This document shows positions 57,781 to 64,000 of a DNA stretch of 64,000 nt, in pieces. The number at the start of each line of letters is the position of its first letter. The stretch's first letter is position 1. Position numbers and translations under genes: made by a program. The stretch is from a virus. Taxonomy: Duplodnaviria > Caudoviricetes. The stretch covers positions 96,001-160,000 of the IMG/VR virus record IMGVR_UViG_3300046820_001270, one strand, 5' to 3'. Below the pieces are notes generated by a model. It was given only the letters and a program-made list of their open reading frames with translations, was not told where the DNA came from and searched no databases.

Positions 57781-58221
57781 ATGAAACTAATCGACCTGTT
57801 AACTGAGGATACTAATGAACCAAGAGTTGTGTATTTTAATACTCCACATGGTTATAATGGTTCACCAGAAGATCATAAGATGATTAAGAAGATGATAAAT
57901 GTCTATAAGGCCCTGTCTAAGGGTCGTGGCTTGGTTCAGATATATCAGGGTGATAATTACCCTCCCCTTGATGTATCCTACGAATTACCCCCTTTAAACA
58001 CCGTTGCAATCCTAATTGACTATCCCAGTAAGAAAGCACTTAAAAATGGTGGTGAGATTGATTATACGTTTGATGTTGTTGGTAAGGTGAAATATACCCT
58101 TCATAACTTTGAAACACAATATGATACCGACATTGATAGATTTATGATGCATAAGGGACATGAAATATCATTTGTCTATAAAAAGAGATTTGAGAACTTT
58201 GGTATTAATATCAGTTCTTAA
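57781..58221 (+). CDS. tandem-module family protein (1 module), class-B leader
   Basis: MKLIDLLTE; KKMINVYKALSKG. Confidence 0.8.
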   Translation: MKLIDLLTEDTNEPRVVYFNTPHGYNGSPEDHKMIKKMINVYKALSKGRGLVQIYQGDNYPPLDVSYELPPLNTVAILIDYPSKKALKNGGEIDYTFDVVGKVKYTLHNFETQYDTDIDRFMMHKGHEISFVYKKRFENFGINISS

Positions 58222-58337
58222 TTTCTAACCTCCGATAACCCCGTTCACGACTTTCCGACGCCGGAACCCCCGTTCGAAATTTTTATGTCTTTCTATTTTT
58301 GTGTCCGTTAATAATAGTGGGATATTTATATGTGTAT

Positions 58338-59528
58338 ATGAAATTAATTGATATTATATTTGAGTCGGTTATTGATATGGGTGAGGTTCATGGTCAGAAA
58401 TTAACCGATGCCGATTTTATTAATAGATCTAAAAAAATATGGGGAGATAGGTATGACTATGGTAATGTAAACTATTATGGTAGTCATATACCTGTTAAAA
58501 TTAAATGTTTAAAACATAATAACGAATTTGAACAAAGGCCCGCAAATCATTTAAACGGATCACAAGGTTGTAAGTATTGTGTTGAAAAACCTGACAGGTC
58601 TTTAACATTATCTGATTTTGTTAAAAAATCACATGATGTTCATGGTAACAAATATGACTATGATAAAGTAGTAATGGGTAAAAAGAATACACATAAAGTT
58701 GTTATCACTTGTCCTAAACATGGAGATTTTTTACAATCTGTTGCATCTCATTTAAAAGGTAACGGTTGTAAAGTATGTGACCTTGAAAATCGTAGTTTGG
58801 ACACAGATGAGTTCATCAAAAAGTCAAAAGAAAAACATGGAGATAAATACGATTATAGTAAAGTAAATTACGTTAATAATAAAACACCCGTACATATTAT
58901 ATGTCCAATACATGGGGATTTTTTACAAATACCTCATAGACATTTAATAGGAAACGAATGTCCTAAATGTGGTAATAGTAAAAAAGGTCAACGTTCAATG
59001 ACACGTGATGAATTTATATCACGAGCAAAAGAAAAACATGGTGACAAATATAGTTATGATAATGTAATAATGGGTAAAAGAGTTCACGATGATAAAGTAT
59101 GGATTACATGTCCCAAACATGGTGATTTTTTACAATCCCCATGGAATCATATCAATTCGGCAGGTTGTCCCGTTTGTCTTGAACCGAGAGGAGAATCTAA
59201 AATAAGAAATATATTAAAATCATTGAATGTTGATTTTTCTAAAGAACACGTATTTGATGATTGTGTGAACACAACTAGCGGTAAAAAAAGATGTAAAAAA
59301 TTACAATTTGATTTTTATATCCCATCTAAAAATATTGCTATCGAATATGATGGAATACAACATTTTAAACCAGTTAAAAGATTTGGGGGTATTGAAGTGT
59401 TCAATACTCAAAAAATTAACGATAAAATTAAAGATGAGTATTGTGAAAAAATGGGTATTAAATTAGTTCGTATTCCATATACCGAATTTAAAAATCTTGA
59501 AGAAATATTAAAAACGTTATTAGTTTAA
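58338..59528 (+). CDS. DUF723-like Zn-repeat protein with C-terminal PD-(D/E)xK (DUF559/Vsr-like) nuclease, class-B leader
   Basis: Four repeats FIxKSxxxHGxKYDYxKVxY...IxCPxHGxFxQxxxxHLxGxGCxxC; FDFYIPSKNIAIEYDGIQHF. Confidence 0.85.
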   Translation: MKLIDIIFESVIDMGEVHGQKLTDADFINRSKKIWGDRYDYGNVNYYGSHIPVKIKCLKHNNEFEQRPANHLNGSQGCKYCVEKPDRSLTLSDFVKKSHDVHGNKYDYDKVVMGKKNTHKVVITCPKHGDFLQSVASHLKGNGCKVCDLENRSLDTDEFIKKSKEKHGDKYDYSKVNYVNNKTPVHIICPIHGDFLQIPHRHLIGNECPKCGNSKKGQRSMTRDEFISRAKEKHGDKYSYDNVIMGKRVHDDKVWITCPKHGDFLQSPWNHINSAGCPVCLEPRGESKIRNILKSLNVDFSKEHVFDDCVNTTSGKKRCKKLQFDFYIPSKNIAIEYDGIQHFKPVKRFGGIEVFNTQKINDKIKDEYCEKMGIKLVRIPYTEFKNLEEILKTLLV

Positions 59529-59599
59529 TTAAATAAGATTAACCCTCCATAATGGAGGGTTTTTTATTTAATATTATATTGGGATATTTATATGTGTAT

Positions 59600-62050
59600 A
59601 TGAAACTATTAGATATTATATTGGAGAATGAATTCCCGTTATCGTTAAGTGAGAAAACTGAAGCTAGAACTAAGGAAGATTTCTTATTAAAAATGAAAAA
59701 TCTGTTTCCTTATCGTAATGGTTGTCTTTATGATTTTGGTAATCAAGAAGTTTTTACAAAAAACTCGACGGTAGATGTCCAATGTAAAAAACATGGAGTT
59801 AGTTTCCCAACAAAGGTTGAGTATCTATTAAAAGGTCGTATTGGACCAAACGGATGTGAGGGATGTAAAAAAGAAGGTAGTTTAAATCAAACTAAATCAA
59901 CTAAAAATGATTTTTACAGTTATGTGAAAAACATATGGAAGGATGAGAATGGAAATCCTTTATATATCTACGATAGACCGGGTTTAAAAAGATATACAAG
60001 TATTAATAACGAATTTGATTTTTATTGTCCAAAAATTGGATCAGATGGAAAACCTCATGGTAAACAAAACATAGCAAACGCACAACTTCATAAATACCAA
60101 AATGTTGGGTGTAGAAAATGTAAAGAAGAACAAGGTGTGGTTAACCAACAACCAACCAATCTTTCTCGTGCGGAGTTTATACGGAAAGTTAAAGAAAGAA
60201 TGAAATTATACCATATTCCAATAAGTTGGTATGATTGGAAGGGAATGGAATATTCAAATCCATCGAGAAACTCTAAAATAAAATGTTTAAAACATAACGA
60301 AGAAGTCACGAGAGTGAAGGGTAAATATTTTTACACCGGTGTACCTTTATGTTCAGAATGTAATAGAATTGCGGTTAAAGAAACAGAATTTATGGATAAA
60401 GTCCGTAAACTCTACAATGATAGATTTGTTTTATTATCAGATTATATTGGAGGAACTTCACCCGTTACTCTCGGTTGTAAATTACATGGAAAAATACCAT
60501 ATCCGGTTGTAGTTGCACACCCCTCATCAATTTGGGGTTCTACTGAAAATTATGGTTCAATTGAATGTAAAGAATGTAAAAGAGTTAATAGTTTAAATAA
60601 TTACAAAAGAACATTTGAAACCGCTCAGTCTAATAGATCAACTGAATATACTTACCCAAATATTGATAAAGAATTTATTAATGGAAACACAAAAATACCT
60701 ATTGAGTGTCATGTAAAAGGATCTAACGATAGAGAACATGGAATGTTTTGGCAAACACCAGCAAATCATTCCACAGGTCAAGGTTGTCCAAAATGTCAAG
60801 AATCAAGAAATGAAAGACATATTCAAAATTTATTAAGTAAAAAGGATATAAAATTTGAAACCCAAAAGAAATTTGATGAACTTGGAGATCAAAAATTTGA
60901 TTTTTATTTACCTGAATACAATGTTCTTATTGAATATGATGGAAAACAACATTTTGAACCTACATTTGGTAAATCAGAATATACTAGACAATTGAATTAT
61001 AATATATTATATGAAAGTGATAATTTAAAAAACAAATTTATTAAAACTAATAATTACGGTTTGGGGTTGATCCGTATTCCACATACCCTTAAAGAAGGTC
61101 AATATGATAAATTATTAGAGAACGCATTACAAAGAGTTGAAAAAAATAAAATAGATCCTCTCGGTGATTATCCAGAAAGACAACTACCTAAAGAACCGAA
61201 ACACAAAGATAAAATAAATGAATCCAAATTATCGTTGATTGATGTAATTAATGGTGTTATTAAAGAACAATCTTCAAATGGTAAAGACCAATTGAAGTGG
61301 TTAAGATCATATGTTGCGTCACCAATGTATTTGGAAAGATTGAAAAAGGAGTTCCCTGGTAAATCTGATGAGTTTATTCAGAACGAAAGAAACACTCGTT
61401 TGAATAATTTGAACAACATGGAAAACAAAACTCATTATGTGAATAGTATTGGTAGAGAACCTCAGTATATTTCGGGTAAAATGATTCCACAAAAAGATGA
61501 AGGTGAATTTTATAATATTAAAACCGGTAAATGGGAACCTGACGTATTAAAGAAAAGTCCTAAGGGTATTGATAAACGAGGTCATGTCTATTTTGAAAAG
61601 GAATACCAACCAAATAGTTGGTACCCATCTAAGGGATTTGAAACAATACCAACTCATGAATATGGTCATATTGTGGATGACGGCGGACAAAGAATTCCTA
61701 AATTAACAAAACAAAAGATTTTCAATTATACAAACCAAAAAAAAGATCAATTAATGTATAGGAGTGATGGTATGGCATTTGATTATCTTTCTACACCCTC
61801 TGAGTTTATTAATAGACTCCAATCAGTTAGATATTTGTTAAATAAAGTAAAGATTTATAATCCATCAACAAATAAGTTTACCGAAAAAGAGTATAACTTA
61901 ATGATTAACAATCCCACCATAAAAGATAATCAACACTATCAGGATATTATGAATACATTAAAAGGTAACGAAAACGACAAAAAGAAATACTTCATTGACC
62001 TTATGAATAGTGTTGCACAAACAAACGGAACTAATTCTACGTCAGTATAA
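59600..62050 (+). CDS. fusion: class-B leader, Zn-repeat nuclease, then HEXXH metallopeptidase-like domain
   Basis: MKLLDIILE; CxxHG...GCxxC repeats; FDFYLPEYNVLIEYDGKQHF; linker INESKLSLIDVINGVIKEQ; THEYGH. Confidence 0.8.
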   Translation: MKLLDIILENEFPLSLSEKTEARTKEDFLLKMKNLFPYRNGCLYDFGNQEVFTKNSTVDVQCKKHGVSFPTKVEYLLKGRIGPNGCEGCKKEGSLNQTKSTKNDFYSYVKNIWKDENGNPLYIYDRPGLKRYTSINNEFDFYCPKIGSDGKPHGKQNIANAQLHKYQNVGCRKCKEEQGVVNQQPTNLSRAEFIRKVKERMKLYHIPISWYDWKGMEYSNPSRNSKIKCLKHNEEVTRVKGKYFYTGVPLCSECNRIAVKETEFMDKVRKLYNDRFVLLSDYIGGTSPVTLGCKLHGKIPYPVVVAHPSSIWGSTENYGSIECKECKRVNSLNNYKRTFETAQSNRSTEYTYPNIDKEFINGNTKIPIECHVKGSNDREHGMFWQTPANHSTGQGCPKCQESRNERHIQNLLSKKDIKFETQKKFDELGDQKFDFYLPEYNVLIEYDGKQHFEPTFGKSEYTRQLNYNILYESDNLKNKFIKTNNYGLGLIRIPHTLKEGQYDKLLENALQRVEKNKIDPLGDYPERQLPKEPKHKDKINESKLSLIDVINGVIKEQSSNGKDQLKWLRSYVASPMYLERLKKEFPGKSDEFIQNERNTRLNNLNNMENKTHYVNSIGREPQYISGKMIPQKDEGEFYNIKTGKWEPDVLKKSPKGIDKRGHVYFEKEYQPNSWYPSKGFETIPTHEYGHIVDDGGQRIPKLTKQKIFNYTNQKKDQLMYRSDGMAFDYLSTPSEFINRLQSVRYLLNKVKIYNPSTNKFTEKEYNLMINNPTIKDNQHYQDIMNTLKGNENDKKKYFIDLMNSVAQTNGTNSTSV
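61476..61562 (+). repeat. 87-bp direct repeat, copy 1 (copy 2 at 62202-62288)
   Basis: Identical except one A/T; encodes KMIPQKDEGEFYNI(K/I)TGKWEPDVLKKSP in two adjacent genes. Confidence 0.92.
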
Positions 62051-62095
62051 AGTGTTTTCTCCCTTTTATAATATTTATATGATATATTTATACAT

Positions 62096-63364
62096 ATGAG
62101 TAAAAGAATTATTAAATTATCAGAATCTGATATTAAGAAACACATACAAAATGTAATTTCAGAACAACCAACTAACATACAACGAGATGCTAGTAGACAA
62201 AGTAAAATGATTCCACAAAAAGATGAAGGTGAATTTTATAATATTATAACCGGTAAATGGGAACCTGACGTATTAAAGAAAAGTCCTAGAGGTCAAGGAC
62301 AGACACCTCCACCACAAAACCAGACACCACCTCCACAAAAAGGACCTAAATTACCAATTGACCCTAAATTAGACGTTGCACAGAATATTCAAAAATTAGA
62401 ACGTATAATGAGAAGACAATTAACACCACAAGAAATTAATAAATTGACATTCGATTTGGGTCAATTAAAAAAAACACCTAAACGTTCATCAACTCCTTCT
62501 GTTGATAAAAACGATTTAACTGGTGATAATAAAGGTGAGGGAGTTAATTTGTATGGTAATGAAGGTCAAACAGTATTACAATATTCTGCAACAATAGATA
62601 AAATTGTAAAAAGTGGTTCAGGATTTGACATATTTGTTAGTGGTGATTATGATCTTACTGATAAATATTTTCATTGGGATTCCAACGCACCTTATTTTCA
62701 GGCATTTTTAAAATCAACACGTAAACCATTAACATGGGAATATAATGGTAAAACAAGAACACAAAAATTACACAATAAAGAATTTTCAGGTGTTTTACAA
62801 AAAATGCTTTCGAGTGTTGTAGAAAAAGGGATTGCACCTGTTTCATCAACAAATAATGCTAAGTGGGATTTCACATCACCAATGAATGAACAAAGTGAAA
62901 AAATTGGTTCGGTTACCGACGGATTTGGTACTATAAAAGAAATTATTGGATTACCGGTAATGTTCTTTGCTGATAAAGAAGGGAAGATACCATACGGTAA
63001 TAAAATGACGATTTCAAAAGTTGACAAGGACCCAATTTATTCAAGAAAATTTAGAATTTATTTTAAAGAACTTGGAAATGACTATTGTACATTTGAATGT
63101 GGAATGAAAGCGTTTCTTATGAAGAGTAAGGGAGAATGGGTATATAACACCCAATTATTACACGCATTATCATTACCTCTTTGCAATTCTGAATTGAGTA
63201 ATGATGGTAAGGTAAAATCGGTTCCTAATGTGAAATATGCTAAAAACGACTCACAAGGAGCTCCGAGTCAAACTGATAATCAAACTTTAGCGGAATCAAA
63301 ACAAAAACCTTTAAACGAAGGTCAGGAAATACTGAAAGATGTGTTTAAGAGTTTATTAAAATAA
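62096..63364 (+). CDS. hypothetical protein with class-A leader
   Basis: MSKRIIKLSESDIKKHIQNVISEQ; internal PMNEQ; C-terminal PLNEGQEILKDVF. Confidence 0.8.
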   Translation: MSKRIIKLSESDIKKHIQNVISEQPTNIQRDASRQSKMIPQKDEGEFYNIITGKWEPDVLKKSPRGQGQTPPPQNQTPPPQKGPKLPIDPKLDVAQNIQKLERIMRRQLTPQEINKLTFDLGQLKKTPKRSSTPSVDKNDLTGDNKGEGVNLYGNEGQTVLQYSATIDKIVKSGSGFDIFVSGDYDLTDKYFHWDSNAPYFQAFLKSTRKPLTWEYNGKTRTQKLHNKEFSGVLQKMLSSVVEKGIAPVSSTNNAKWDFTSPMNEQSEKIGSVTDGFGTIKEIIGLPVMFFADKEGKIPYGNKMTISKVDKDPIYSRKFRIYFKELGNDYCTFECGMKAFLMKSKGEWVYNTQLLHALSLPLCNSELSNDGKVKSVPNVKYAKNDSQGAPSQTDNQTLAESKQKPLNEGQEILKDVFKSLLK

Positions 63365-63425
63365 CATAAACCCTCCATTGTGGAGGGTTTTTTATTTACT
63401 ATTATTAGGATATTTATATAGTATT

Positions 63426-64000
63426 ATGAAAAAAGTTATCAAAATGACCGAGAGTCAACTTAAGAAAATGGTTTTACTAACCATTAATGAACAGGTATCA
63501 ACCGATTATTTCAATGTTTTGGTAAATGCTGGTGATACTGTAAATCCAGATAAAGACGGCGAAACAGATTATAGGAATGTACCTTGGGGAGATAATTCAA
63601 CATTAAGAATTCGTGATGACGGACAATTTGTTTTATATACTAAAAACACGCCAGATTTTAAACCTGCTTGGTTTGGGAAAATGGTTATTATAAGTGATAA
63701 ATCATATAAATTGATGTATGACAATGGAGACGTATATAGAAGTGATATAAATAAAGAACAATCTAATGATAATAAATTATACTCAAACTGTGCTGAGTCA
63801 TTAGATAACATAAAGGAAGATAATTTTGAAATCCTTAAATACGGTTGTAAAAACGAAGCGGTAAAAGAATTACAGAAACTATTGGGTATGGAAGAAAAAT
63901 ATCATACCGGTTATTTTGGTAAAATTACAAGAGGAAAAGTTATTGAATTTCAAAAAACACATAAAGATTCCACAGGTGCTAATTTAAAACCAGACGGTAT
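63426..64000 (+). CDS. 3'-truncated class-A leader protein with peptidoglycan-binding domain (paralog of 57016)
   Basis: MKKVIKMTESQL...LKYGCKNEAVKELQKLLGMEEKYHTGYFGKITRGKVIEFQKTHKD; runs off the window. Confidence 0.8.
   Translation, partial: MKKVIKMTESQLKKMVLLTINEQVSTDYFNVLVNAGDTVNPDKDGETDYRNVPWGDNSTLRIRDDGQFVLYTKNTPDFKPAWFGKMVIISDKSYKLMYDNGDVYRSDINKEQSNDNKLYSNCAESLDNIKEDNFEILKYGCKNEAVKELQKLLGMEEKYHTGYFGKITRGKVIEFQKTHKDSTGANLKPDG

Noticed and set aside
61476-62288. Diversity-generating retroelement TR/VR pair
   Set aside because: Only one mismatch, both copies are internal coding sequence, and no reverse transcriptase is seen in the window
1185-63811. Many short opposite-strand or nested ORFs in the track (e.g. 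1185-1616, 2819-3121, 46423-46680, 48140-48460, 53531-53833)
   Set aside because: They shadow stronger genes or fall in motif-rich spacers, and lack promoters or recognisable motifs
1-64000. tRNA or rRNA genes
   Set aside because: No cloverleaf with a T-loop GTTCRA and matching acceptor stem was recognised by eye; tRNAscan-SE/Aragorn would be decisive
1-64000. Stop-codon reassignment (as in some large Bacteroidota phages)
   Set aside because: Recognisable genes are intact under code 11 and genes abut normally; no run of TAG/TGA-broken ORFs was seen

Overview
AT-rich, gene-dense 64 kb that reads as part of a large dsDNA bacteriophage genome, probably infecting Bacteroidota. This is inferred from repeated TTTG-N~19-TAnnTTTG promoters, phage-type hypothetical genes, free-standing HNH-type nucleases and the absence of housekeeping operons; no capsid, terminase or polymerase gene lies in the window to prove it. 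Layout: (1) 1-40.5 kb, mostly + strand accessory genes: an R-M-like pair, metallophosphoesterase, ferredoxin, a DnaA-domain-IV protein, lipoproteins, a LamG protein, a BKACE/acetyltransferase/DegT sugar cluster and many small ORFs. (2) 40.5-54.6 kb, a minus-strand block of self-contained promoter-gene-terminator cassettes, including ribosomal protein bL27, DUF932 and a ParB-like gene. Its spacers, and some of its coding sequence, carry about 38 copies of TGCCAAWCAA and about 16 strand-biased copies of GTAATACG. The block ends in a G/C-tract strand switch at about 54.6 kb. (3) 54.8-64 kb, + strand genes behind TATTTATA promoters whose products share short Glu-terminated N-terminal leaders. The most striking unexplained signals are the motif array, two peptide-tag systems (an MK(F/L)xD(I/L)xxE leader with [ILV]xE-separated tandem modules, and an FKF[FL] tag on about 17 mostly unrelated small proteins), five RMF-like proteins and phage-borne bL27. 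All counts are by eye and approximate.
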